Assembly: GCA_018650165.1 (NCBI GenBank)
Contig: JABIGM010000024.1
Location: 2,192 to 66,191, forward strand
Reading direction: 5' to 3'
DNA: 64,000 nucleotides
From: Methanobacteriota archaeon
Lineage (GTDB): Archaea; Thermoplasmatota; Poseidoniia; Poseidoniales; Poseidoniaceae
In this document: positions 25,601 to 33,551 of the stretch, piece after piece
Position numbering within the stretch: position 1 is the first letter of the stretch
Layout: every line of letters begins with the position of its first letter
Made by a program: the position numbers and the translations under genes
Notes under the pieces: model-generated
Database searches by the model: none
What the model was told of the DNA's origin: nothing
What the model saw: only the letters and a program-made list of their open reading frames with translations

Positions 25601-25842
25601 CAAATGTATCGGAAGGCTAGGAGTATTCCCCCAGTGATTGTTGCGACAATCATCAATAGAATTATCATTGCAGTTGGTCCAAATTCATTTGTATCCTCAA
25701 GTGCGGTTCCCATTAGACCATCACGCGCAATAGCATTGGATAGACTACCGGCTTCTTCGAACGGAGGAGCGGGTCTCCTTGGAATGCGCTCCGACTTACT
25801 CTTTTTTCCGGCCATGTACCGTGTGAGAAGTAATTGGGTCAT
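25600..25842 (-). CDS. small tail-anchored-type membrane protein (80 aa)
   Basis: MTQLLLTRYMAGKKSKSERIPRRPAPP... is followed by a terminal helix, PTAMIILLMIVATITGGILLAFRYI*. The ATG at 25842 lies 9 nt after AGGAGG; the track start at 25875 is TTG. Confidence 0.45.
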   Translation of the reverse strand: MTQLLLTRYMAGKKSKSERIPRRPAPPFEEAGSLSNAIARDGLMGTALEDTNEFGPTAMIILLMIVATITGGILLAFRYI

Positions 25843-25902
25843 ATGACTTGTCCTCCTAATATTGATGGAAAGCAATATGCCCTATGGGTGTGAGCACCAT
25901 TC

Positions 25903-26463
25903 ATGCAAGAGCCAACTGTTGCAGACATGTCCATTGCCGACGAGCATATTGTTGTGAAAACAAAGACAAGAATAAGTTCAGTTTGCGAAGAATTATCTCA
26001 GAACCCAGCACATGCTGTCTTGGTAAAGGTTGGCTCTGAAATTCATGGTGTAGTTACGGCAAGGGATATTTTTGCTAGTATGGCTGAAGGAATCAATGCG
26101 ACTAAAGTCAAAGTTGAGAAAATAATGCGAACTGATATTTTGACCATTCCAGGTCCAACTCCACTTTCAATAGCACTCGATGTAATGAGCAGGGAAAAAC
26201 CAGATGCCATTGTCATAACCGATAATGAGGGCGAATATCTTGGTTATTTCTCGGCTAGAGATTACCGCGAAGCCACAAGGAAATTGGAATCTCATCAACT
26301 GATGTCGGTCCGCCTAAACCGCTCACGTAAAGCAATTACAAAACAAGCCGAAACATCTGATGCAGATGATTCAGGAGAAGATCTGCTCGATTTATTACTA
26401 GGCGGAAATAATGACGACAAGGAAGAAGAAATCAACCCACCTGCAATGATTAATCTGGATTGA
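25903..26463 (+). CDS. CBS-domain pair protein with an acidic C-terminal tail
   Basis: There are two CBS-like units (...AVLVKVGSEIHGVVTARDIF... and ...DAIVITDNEGEYLGYFSARDY...). The tail is DADDSGEDLLDLLLGGNNDDKEEE. Confidence 0.72.
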   Translation: MQEPTVADMSIADEHIVVKTKTRISSVCEELSQNPAHAVLVKVGSEIHGVVTARDIFASMAEGINATKVKVEKIMRTDILTIPGPTPLSIALDVMSREKPDAIVITDNEGEYLGYFSARDYREATRKLESHQLMSVRLNRSRKAITKQAETSDADDSGEDLLDLLLGGNNDDKEEEINPPAMINLD

Positions 26464-26468
26464 TTTTT

Positions 26469-27038
26469 ATGGAACGCTGGAATTGCCCCATTGATGGTTC
26501 TACAATTCATCTTGCCGTTGAAGGATCATGTGGTGGAACAAGCCTTGGAATTCAAATTGCACGCCAGGTAATCGAAGATGGTGGTCGTGTCATCTGGGCT
26601 GCGCCTGAATTACCAGATGGGCTGAGGTTTTCACAAATTTTTGCTGGGCTCGATCCAATTTCCTCATCTCGGTTTCATGCGCTGAATCTTGTTGGTAATT
26701 TTGATCAAGCCCTTGAATCACTGATTAGTGCAGCTAAAATGCTTCCCAATGTTACATTGGTAGTTTTGGATGATTATTGTCCTGCTACTGGTCCGTTATC
26801 AAGTGGAATTGTAAATAGTGTTAACAAGATGATTGTCCAAAGTAGTTGGACCAACCTGCTAATTTCAAAAGGCGGTGAATCAATGGATTCAATACCTTTA
26901 GTTGCACGAGGAAAAAGCAAACTGAATTCGGATTCCGTATGGCTATTGACAAGACCTGACTCCGATTCAAAAAGGGAACTTTGGGTAGACGGTGAAATTA
27001 CCGAATTACGACTCACAGAAGATGGCTTTATGGAATAA
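26469..27038 (+). CDS. hypothetical RecA/KaiC-fold-like protein with a degenerate Walker A
   Basis: IHLAVEGSCGGTSLGIQIARQVIEDGGRVIW has the layout of a KaiC/RadB P-loop but lacks the GK[ST] lysine. A Walker-B-like LVVLDDY follows. The start ATG at 26469 lies 5 nt after the CBS stop. The assignment is weak. Confidence 0.35.
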   Translation: MERWNCPIDGSTIHLAVEGSCGGTSLGIQIARQVIEDGGRVIWAAPELPDGLRFSQIFAGLDPISSSRFHALNLVGNFDQALESLISAAKMLPNVTLVVLDDYCPATGPLSSGIVNSVNKMIVQSSWTNLLISKGGESMDSIPLVARGKSKLNSDSVWLLTRPDSDSKRELWVDGEITELRLTEDGFME

Positions 27039-27272
27039 TTACTCTTCTTCACCAAGTAACTTCGCCATTTCATCCAAAGCATCGTCATCAGGTTCATCGA
27101 ACTGGTCTGGGTTTTTAGCGGCACCATCAAGAACATCAGCCCCTGCAACTGCCGGAGTAGCGTCTTCCTTTGCCTTTGCTAGGTTAGCGCGACCACGGTT
27201 TGTAATGTACCAAATCATTGCAAGTAATGATATTCCAAAGAGGATATATGTGACTTCAGTAGAACTGACCAT
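27039..27272 (-). CDS. small membrane protein: N-terminal helix and acidic tail ending in EEE
   Basis: The sequence is MVSSTEVTYILFGISLLAMIWYITNRGR...DQFDEPDDDALDEMAKLLGEEE. It has an ATG start. Its stop abuts the stop of the converging gene (0-nt gap). Confidence 0.5.
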   Translation of the reverse strand: MVSSTEVTYILFGISLLAMIWYITNRGRANLAKAKEDATPAVAGADVLDGAAKNPDQFDEPDDDALDEMAKLLGEEE

Positions 27273-27296
27273 GATTATGCCAGTAAGTTTTGGCTA

Positions 27297-28424
27297 TCAA
27301 CATTTAGGGTCTAATGCTAGAGTCTTGGCCAAATGTCGGCGTTTATCGGCTGGCGGTTGGGCCCATCCAGAGATTGATGGAGTTCTAACATCCTCCAACC
27401 AAGTAATATCGCTTTTCAATTTGCATTTTGGGCAGCGTACTCCTTGGCCTTGACCCATTGATTTCATCCGAATCCCACATTCACATAGTGGCCTTTGCTT
27501 TGTAACTGATTTGACTACTTTAATCGCTTCAACATGAATTTGTTTATCATATTCGAGTCCTTGACATTCAAACGAATCCCCAACATCTAGCCACTGCGCA
27601 ATATGATTTACATCACCAGATTCTGAGAATACGAGGTATCTGTTATTGATTACGACATGACCGCCCTTGAGTAGTAATTTAGTATGTACAGTATCGGCAA
27701 TGGTGGTATCAATATGATCTCCAGTAGCTTGGTTTGTTCGAAATATTCTACTCCCGATAGTTTCAGCACATCCATCTAAGAGTATTTGGGAAGCCTTCGA
27801 TGCCGAGTCAAATGTCGTTGCCCTCACTCCAAACATAACCGGGCATGGACCTCTTGGTGCAACTAAACCGCGCTTGGTACGAGGGTCTCTACAAAGAAAA
27901 GTCTCCTCCATATTATCTACTAAGGTAAGTGACTCTTCACTTACTTCGCGTGGCCCTTTCCTCCAAGCAATACCTTCCCATGTTGAATTATCTGCTGGCC
28001 ATGCACAAGATGCAGCAGCGCCAATTCTTCCATGACCCCCCCATTGATGTCCACCCTCGACAAAACCGGCCTCGCCTCTAACAGCGCGCCAGTAATAATC
28101 AGCGCTTGGCTTATCAAAAAACAGAGTCATCCCTGGGTCCGCTGGATATTGTAAACGGTCCGAGTGTTCCGAGATTGCAACTTCACCCTTTAGTGGAGCG
28201 ATATTTTCATTCCAATAATTGTCAAGCCACGCAATGATACTCTGGTCTGCATAAAGTTCAACTGAAAGAGAGGCGTTACCTCTGGTTCGTTGTGCTGCAA
28301 AAGGCCACAGTCTTGTTAGCCTGGGCTCACCATAATCACATGGTAAAGCATTGAGTAGCTCATGAAAAACTAGTGTAGTACACCCGCCCTCCAAAGAGTC
28401 AGTATCATCCAAGCCTAACCACAT
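27297..28424 (-). CDS. tiaS: tRNA(Ile2) 2-agmatinylcytidine synthetase TiaS
   Basis: The N-terminus MWLGLDDTDSLEGGCTTLV matches the TiaS GxDDTDSxxGMCTTY signature. The C-terminal zinc ribbon is CECGIRMKSMGQGQGVRCPKC. The ATG at 28424 lies 1 nt after the upstream stop. Confidence 0.85.
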   Translation of the reverse strand: MWLGLDDTDSLEGGCTTLVFHELLNALPCDYGEPRLTRLWPFAAQRTRGNASLSVELYADQSIIAWLDNYWNENIAPLKGEVAISEHSDRLQYPADPGMTLFFDKPSADYYWRAVRGEAGFVEGGHQWGGHGRIGAAASCAWPADNSTWEGIAWRKGPREVSEESLTLVDNMEETFLCRDPRTKRGLVAPRGPCPVMFGVRATTFDSASKASQILLDGCAETIGSRIFRTNQATGDHIDTTIADTVHTKLLLKGGHVVINNRYLVFSESGDVNHIAQWLDVGDSFECQGLEYDKQIHVEAIKVVKSVTKQRPLCECGIRMKSMGQGQGVRCPKCKLKSDITWLEDVRTPSISGWAQPPADKRRHLAKTLALDPKC

Positions 28425-28425
28425 A

Positions 28426-29049
28426 CTAGCCCACCGGATTGAATTCATCGCCTACATCTTCTAGAATTATTCTTTCTATTACACTTGGAATCCCTACTTC
28501 TTCATCAACCTTGAATAATCTTGCACCGATTGCCCATCCGGCCCCCATATCCGAGTTCCGGTCACCCACCATTAAGTCCAGTTCATGAAATGGCTTTGGC
28601 TTTGCGCCCCACCAATTTGGTTCACTATGGGCTTGATTGCGGATAAGTTGGGATGCATGATTTAGCATTCCGGGTTGTGGCTTTCTACATTGGCACCGAT
28701 CTCGATTTCTGTGCGGGCAAGTCATCAATACATCAATCGCCCCAATTTCTTCTTGTAACTTTTCGTGAATTGAATGGATACGTTCTTCCCCCCAGTGGCC
28801 GCGCATTATCGCTGATTGATTTGTGACAACTACAATTCTATATCCCTGCTTACGTAAGGCAATAACTGCTTCTTTTACTCCGGGAATAATAACCAATTCA
28901 TTTGGTGAATTAATGTAATTTGGGCTGCCATAATTTAGTACCCCGTCACGGTCAAGGAACGCTATCGCACCATTCCACTCAAGGGGGATTTCTCCGAGGT
29001 TTACCTCGGTAATTGGCCCTTCCATTAACACTGGGTGAATCAATCTCAC
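28426..29049 (-). CDS. HAD-IIIA phosphatase (GmhB / histidinol-phosphatase-like)
   Basis: HAD motif I is AFLDRDGVLN and motif II is VVVTNQS. A GmhB-type Zn site is CPHRNRDRCQCRKPQPGM. Motif IV is VGDRNSDMGAG. The start is ambiguous: GTG at 29049 or ATG at 29022. Confidence 0.75.
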   Translation of the reverse strand: MRLIHPVLMEGPITEVNLGEIPLEWNGAIAFLDRDGVLNYGSPNYINSPNELVIIPGVKEAVIALRKQGYRIVVVTNQSAIMRGHWGEERIHSIHEKLQEEIGAIDVLMTCPHRNRDRCQCRKPQPGMLNHASQLIRNQAHSEPNWWGAKPKPFHELDLMVGDRNSDMGAGWAIGARLFKVDEEVGIPSVIERIILEDVGDEFNPVG

Positions 29050-29101
29050 CTATGTGCATTCAGGCAAAGTCATTAGAGCAAGTTACCTTCAGGACCGGTT
29101 G

Positions 29102-30031
29102 ATGGCAAGCGACCTCATAGTTGATCGTTCAATTGCAACAATCCTCGGGGTAGTTGGAATGTCGATACTATTGTTGTGTTGGAAATTACGCTCTGAAAGA
29201 ATTGAACCTCTTGCCCCAGTTGGCTGGTTACTAACTGGATTTTATTTCTTCAACGAGACTGGATTTTACATTGCTCATGATGATATCGTACTCACCGTAA
29301 TCAGTATTTTGACGTTACCCGGTGCTGCAGCAATTGCATTTTGGGAACGGCGGGTTGACATAGTTAACGATGCTAATGCACTTCGATGGTTTAGAGGGGC
29401 TGTTGCTGCTGCAGGTTTGCCATATCTACTGATTGCGCATGTCCCAATTCTTAACGTTCTTGCGATTTGGTTTGTAGCGTGGCAGTCGGCTGCTTTACTA
29501 TCCTTTGCTGGTGGTTCTGAAGTGACACTTGGAGACACATATGCAAACCACGCAGACGGAACAAGCATTGAATGGAGTGCTTGGGATGGAAATCAATGGT
29601 TCTTAACCGAAGAGATGTCTGAATACTCTTTCCATACTGAACTGTTGGTAAATGGGGAGCCTTTGTACATTAATTTCGTATTGGCTTGTACTGCAATTCA
29701 GTCAATGATAATATTTGTAGGTGCAATTTCAGTTCTCGATATTGACTGGAGAAAGAGAGTGCGTGCGTTATTTATTGCTTTATCACTAATCCATATTCTC
29801 AACATATTCAGAAATGCAGGTCTAATTTGGTTACAAATCGGCTATCCTGGTTGGAGGTGGATGAATCTTTCAATATTTGAATTCGGTCACGCGTATGCTT
29901 CTAGAGTTGTATCTCTTGGAGCGATGTTCTTACTAGCCCTAGTTCTGTTTGAGATGCTTCCGCAACTTCACAGACATGTGCTTGCTCTGCTTCGACCCAT
30001 TGGTTTAGCGCCAGGTAAAAAGAAGGCTTAA
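29102..30031 (+). CDS. archaeosortase/exosortase-family transpeptidase (putative)
   Basis: It is a polytopic membrane protein with candidate catalytic-triad motifs: LACTAIQSM (Cys), ILNIFRNAGLIW (Arg) and FEFGHAYASR (His). An extracytoplasmic loop precedes the Cys motif. The track start at 29054 is GTG; the ATG at 29102 gives MASDLIVDRS.... Confidence 0.55.
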   Translation: MASDLIVDRSIATILGVVGMSILLLCWKLRSERIEPLAPVGWLLTGFYFFNETGFYIAHDDIVLTVISILTLPGAAAIAFWERRVDIVNDANALRWFRGAVAAAGLPYLLIAHVPILNVLAIWFVAWQSAALLSFAGGSEVTLGDTYANHADGTSIEWSAWDGNQWFLTEEMSEYSFHTELLVNGEPLYINFVLACTAIQSMIIFVGAISVLDIDWRKRVRALFIALSLIHILNIFRNAGLIWLQIGYPGWRWMNLSIFEFGHAYASRVVSLGAMFLLALVLFEMLPQLHRHVLALLRPIGLAPGKKKA

Positions 30032-33000
30032 TCGAACAGATCAGCAACTTTCATATCTTCAGGAACCTCTACATTTGGTTCGCCTAAATCTATTGCGGGA
30101 GGGATGTTGATGACCTCCATACTTGGGATATTGATAGAATCAGTTGGTGGTGCAGCATCTCCGAGCATTGCTTCTGTCATACCATCCTTCTGATATTCCC
30201 ATGCATACTCAGGTTCGCGTTTTGAGCGAACTACCATGTAACCCAGTACAGTAACGAGAATCAATCCCAGCATACTTGCTGAAACCCAAATAATATCATT
30301 GTCTACCGAGGCAATAATATCTGAATTATCGCCAACGCCATCGCCATCGGTATCTGTGTCTTCGGTAGGATCATCTGGGAAGTCATCCTTGTCATCAGGT
30401 GTTCCATCACCGTCTCTATCAAGAGGGTCATATGTTGACACACATATATCTGCGTGGTCAGCCATTTCCATATAATCTATGAAATTGTCATTATTGCGAT
30501 CAATTTCAAAGAAGTCAAAATCATTTTTCCATGCAATCCCTGATAATTCTTCGATACTCAAGCGGTCCATTTCATACCATGAAAACACAATCTGTAGTTC
30601 ATTTTCACATGAGCACAATTCTAATGTAGCCTCATTTATGTCAAGCACACCGTCTTTGTTAATATCTAAATCTTCAAACTCATCGCCGTCAAATTCGTAC
30701 TTCGAAATATCGCCATCTGCGTTGAGATCAGCCTCAACAAAGATTTCCTTTGCGTACTCATCACAGGGCATAATTTCCTCTGGGTCAGGGTCGGGGTCGG
30801 GGTCAGGGCCCGGCCCAGGACGAGGGTTGTCGAATTCTTCCCAACTTGCGATAATTGAAATGTCTTCAATATCTGTATTAGCGAAGATTGTAATATCTAT
30901 ACGTCCCGTTGCAAAGAATATTTCGATTGATTCTTCAGCAGCATCATAATCTGATTGGTATTGAATAGTCTCACCGCTTTGTCTTCCAACTGGTCCACCA
31001 CCTTCTTCAAACATATCGCCCCAATCTATTCCTTCAGCTTCTGCAAACAGTGCAAGGTCGCCTTCGCCACCCCATGTATTGATGATTAGGTCCATTGTAG
31101 TGGTATCTTCTAAATCTATGAAGAAATATAATTTTTCACCTTTGGGAGCACTCATTCCAGCAACTTCTTCACTGTTGAACAGTTGAATTGCCTCACCATC
31201 ATAACTCCAAACATACCTATCGGTAAATGATGCAGTAATATCGATTCGACTGTAGAACTCTTCACTTCCTAGTAAGATGTACCAACGACCAGGAGTTGGG
31301 TCATTGAAGCCAATTTTATCACCAGCTCCTGGGGCATTTGAGTGCTTGTCAAATGTTGTCCAGGTAGGATATTGTTCGAGTCGCATCATCAATTTCGCTT
31401 CTCCATCGCCATTATTGAGGTCAATTTCTATTCGTTCAGTATCTACTGGTACATCGATGTAGAAGTATTGATCAAGACCGGAAAATCCACTAAGCGGGCC
31501 ATATGAGACTCCTGCAAACAGTTCAATTGCCGACTCCGGGTCAACATTGTCAGGGCTGTATGTAAAATCTGCCTGTATGGTAACTTCTCTGCAGCCACCA
31601 TACGAGGTCATCATGATATAGTAAATCCCAGGTTGGGCATCAAAAATTTGTACAGTTTCATCATTGCCAGAATTATACGAATGGTCTGAAGTCATTTGGC
31701 CACTAATCTGTCTTCCGTTTGTGCTACCGCTGCTGCTTTCATCATTCCATTGGTCCTCAATCCATCCCCAATTATCCGTATATGGTAGTGCACCTAGAGC
31801 GATGTGAAGTTCACAATCACCTGGACCACCCCATGTGTTGACTCTTAATTCGGCCAACTCATCTTGCAAATCAACATAGTAGTATACTGATTTACCACTG
31901 TTTCGTAAAATTTGTTGGCCCGTGACTGAAATACCATCATTCAATTCAGTCATTTCATCGAGTGCAGGGGGTTCTGGAGCTTCTTCCCATTTTGCACTAA
32001 TTTCTAAATTATTGATTTCAGAATTTGATGAAACTGTGATCCAGTAGGTTCCTGCGTCTGGCCATTCGAAGAATTCGTATACATAAAGTCCCCAATCGAA
32101 GGTTTCAACTTGATAATCATGGTCCCAGGCCGACGGTATCTCATTCATTGAGATATAGATTTCAAATTCGATTTCGTTCCAATTTTGTTCTTCGTCAAAT
32201 TCTAAATCCCAAGAAAATATTTCTAATGTTAATTGCAGTGTATCTTCGGGAATCTCCATGAAAAATAGTAGAGTATCTCCACCCTCCGCGTCCAATCCAG
32301 AGTTGTAGATTCCATTTTCTAATTCAAAGGCTTGCGCAATAATTGTACCGTCTGGCATTACCCATGCGGCTCCATGAATAACCCCCTCCCTCTCTTGAGA
32401 ATCTTCTGTATATGCGCCTTCGCCTTCAGTAAACATCCAAAGTGTTTCATTAAATGCATTACTTATTTTGACGTCATCCAACATTCCTTGGAAGTAATTA
32501 CAGTCGCACCCTGCACCCATTCGTCCAATATACAACTCATCACAATCATCACCTGATTGGAAGCAATCATTTGAACCAAAATTTCCGATTGGTATCTGAG
32601 AATCATTAACATCAATCAGCCCTACAGATTGGTTGTCGATGTAAAATATCCCTCCATCGAGCGTGCTAACCGTTACTTTCACATGCGTCCAAACATTTTC
32701 TTGAATCGAAACGTTTGAAACAGGGTTTGCCGACATCGAATATTCATTTGAATATGCTAAGTAACCGTCGTTAAGGTACAATCCCCAGCCATAGTCTCCA
32801 ACCATAGTAATGAAGTGTATTCCATCAGTATTTGGAACGTTAACCCAGGCTTCGATTTCAATAAATCCATCCCAATCTGGCATTTCTTCATCGATGACAA
32901 TGTAATCATCATTACCATCAAAGCGCAAAGCATAATCTGCACCATCTCCAATTTCCACGACTCCATAGACTGGGAAATACTGTGGGTCATCTTCTAAATC

Positions 33001-33453
33001 ATTCCAAGTTGCAGGTTCAATAGAACCCATATTAGTCCCAGTTATGTGAACATAGTCTTCATCATCACCTGATCCGGGCTGACCCTCACCCCAATTCCGA
33101 TAGAGGAAAGGAGTCCCATCATGCCAGCGATAGTCACCTTCTTGTTGTGAATCAGAAAGTCCAATCCAAATGTGGCGCGTAGTATCGTTTCCAACGGCAA
33201 ATGTATCGAATATCCATTGATCTTCTTCGGCATCATCGATTGTAACCAAAAAGCCATCCAGGCTTCTTGCTACATTAGCCGCATCACTCCATGATGATGC
33301 AGATAGGAGATGGTATGTGTGATTATTTGCCGGATTTACAACTGTTTGAATTACTTCAATGTCTTCTAGGTCACCAGCACTTGCCGGAGTTGCAATAGGA
33401 CTTGCAGTTACAAGCAACATCAGAGCCGTGATTATCAATACCTTTCGGTTCAC
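30028..33453 (-). CDS. 1141-aa secreted, C-terminally membrane-anchored multidomain surface protein (Cys-less C-type-lectin fold, LamG, 3x PPC-like, PD-repeat linker, EF-hand/dockerin-like, TSP3-like Ca-binding repeats, TM)
   Basis: A GTG start gives the signal peptide (M)NRKVLIITALMLLVTASPIATPASA.
- CTLD-like: HIWIGLSDSQQEGDYRWHDGTPFLYRNWGEGQP...ATWNDL.
- LamG-like: ALRFDGNDDYIVID...VWTHVKVTV...IFYIDNQSVG.
- Three PPC-like units: YYYVDLQDELAELRVNTWGGPGDCELHI; YFYIDVPVDTERIEIDLNNGDGEAKLMM; LYFFIDLEDTTTMDLIINTWGGEGDLALF.
- Linker and Ca-binding repeats: GPGPDPDPDPDPEE; DLNADGDISKYEF, DINKDGVLDINE; DRDGDGTPDDKDDFPDDPTEDTDTDGDGVGDNSD.
- TM helix SASMLGLILVTVLGYMVV followed by a 70-aa tail. Confidence 0.85.
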   Translation of the reverse strand: MNRKVLIITALMLLVTASPIATPASAGDLEDIEVIQTVVNPANNHTYHLLSASSWSDAANVARSLDGFLVTIDDAEEDQWIFDTFAVGNDTTRHIWIGLSDSQQEGDYRWHDGTPFLYRNWGEGQPGSGDDEDYVHITGTNMGSIEPATWNDLEDDPQYFPVYGVVEIGDGADYALRFDGNDDYIVIDEEMPDWDGFIEIEAWVNVPNTDGIHFITMVGDYGWGLYLNDGYLAYSNEYSMSANPVSNVSIQENVWTHVKVTVSTLDGGIFYIDNQSVGLIDVNDSQIPIGNFGSNDCFQSGDDCDELYIGRMGAGCDCNYFQGMLDDVKISNAFNETLWMFTEGEGAYTEDSQEREGVIHGAAWVMPDGTIIAQAFELENGIYNSGLDAEGGDTLLFFMEIPEDTLQLTLEIFSWDLEFDEEQNWNEIEFEIYISMNEIPSAWDHDYQVETFDWGLYVYEFFEWPDAGTYWITVSSNSEINNLEISAKWEEAPEPPALDEMTELNDGISVTGQQILRNSGKSVYYYVDLQDELAELRVNTWGGPGDCELHIALGALPYTDNWGWIEDQWNDESSSGSTNGRQISGQMTSDHSYNSGNDETVQIFDAQPGIYYIMMTSYGGCREVTIQADFTYSPDNVDPESAIELFAGVSYGPLSGFSGLDQYFYIDVPVDTERIEIDLNNGDGEAKLMMRLEQYPTWTTFDKHSNAPGAGDKIGFNDPTPGRWYILLGSEEFYSRIDITASFTDRYVWSYDGEAIQLFNSEEVAGMSAPKGEKLYFFIDLEDTTTMDLIINTWGGEGDLALFAEAEGIDWGDMFEEGGGPVGRQSGETIQYQSDYDAAEESIEIFFATGRIDITIFANTDIEDISIIASWEEFDNPRPGPGPDPDPDPDPEEIMPCDEYAKEIFVEADLNADGDISKYEFDGDEFEDLDINKDGVLDINEATLELCSCENELQIVFSWYEMDRLSIEELSGIAWKNDFDFFEIDRNNDNFIDYMEMADHADICVSTYDPLDRDGDGTPDDKDDFPDDPTEDTDTDGDGVGDNSDIIASVDNDIIWVSASMLGLILVTVLGYMVVRSKREPEYAWEYQKDGMTEAMLGDAAPPTDSINIPSMEVINIPPAIDLGEPNVEVPEDMKVADLFD
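30781..30816. repeat. imperfect hexanucleotide tandem repeat (NGGGTC)4 then GGGCC/CGGCCC, encoding the GPGPDPDPDPDP linker of the surface protein
   Basis: Read directly from the sequence: tgggtc agggtc ggggtc ggggtc agggcc cggccc. Confidence 0.7.
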
Positions 33454-33551
33454 GCCTATCTGTCCTATGCGCTCGTTAATTAATCTACCACCTCATTGCC
33501 ATACCATACGTTACAGATTTCTTCGTACCATGATTTTGGTATGGTTTTTTG

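Noticed and set aside
30479-30949. A 156-aa plus-strand ORF opposite the surface-protein gene
   Set aside because: The Ser-rich translation is produced by reading the Asp/Glu-rich coding strand in reverse. It includes the mirror image of the PD repeat (GSGSGSGPGPG).
33499-33550. An inverted repeat CCATACCA...TGGTATGG followed by T6 between lhr and the surface-protein gene, resembling an intrinsic terminator
   Set aside because: The T-run follows the hairpin only on the plus strand, where no gene ends nearby. On the transcribed minus strand the A-run precedes the stem. It may still be structural, but it cannot be called a terminator.
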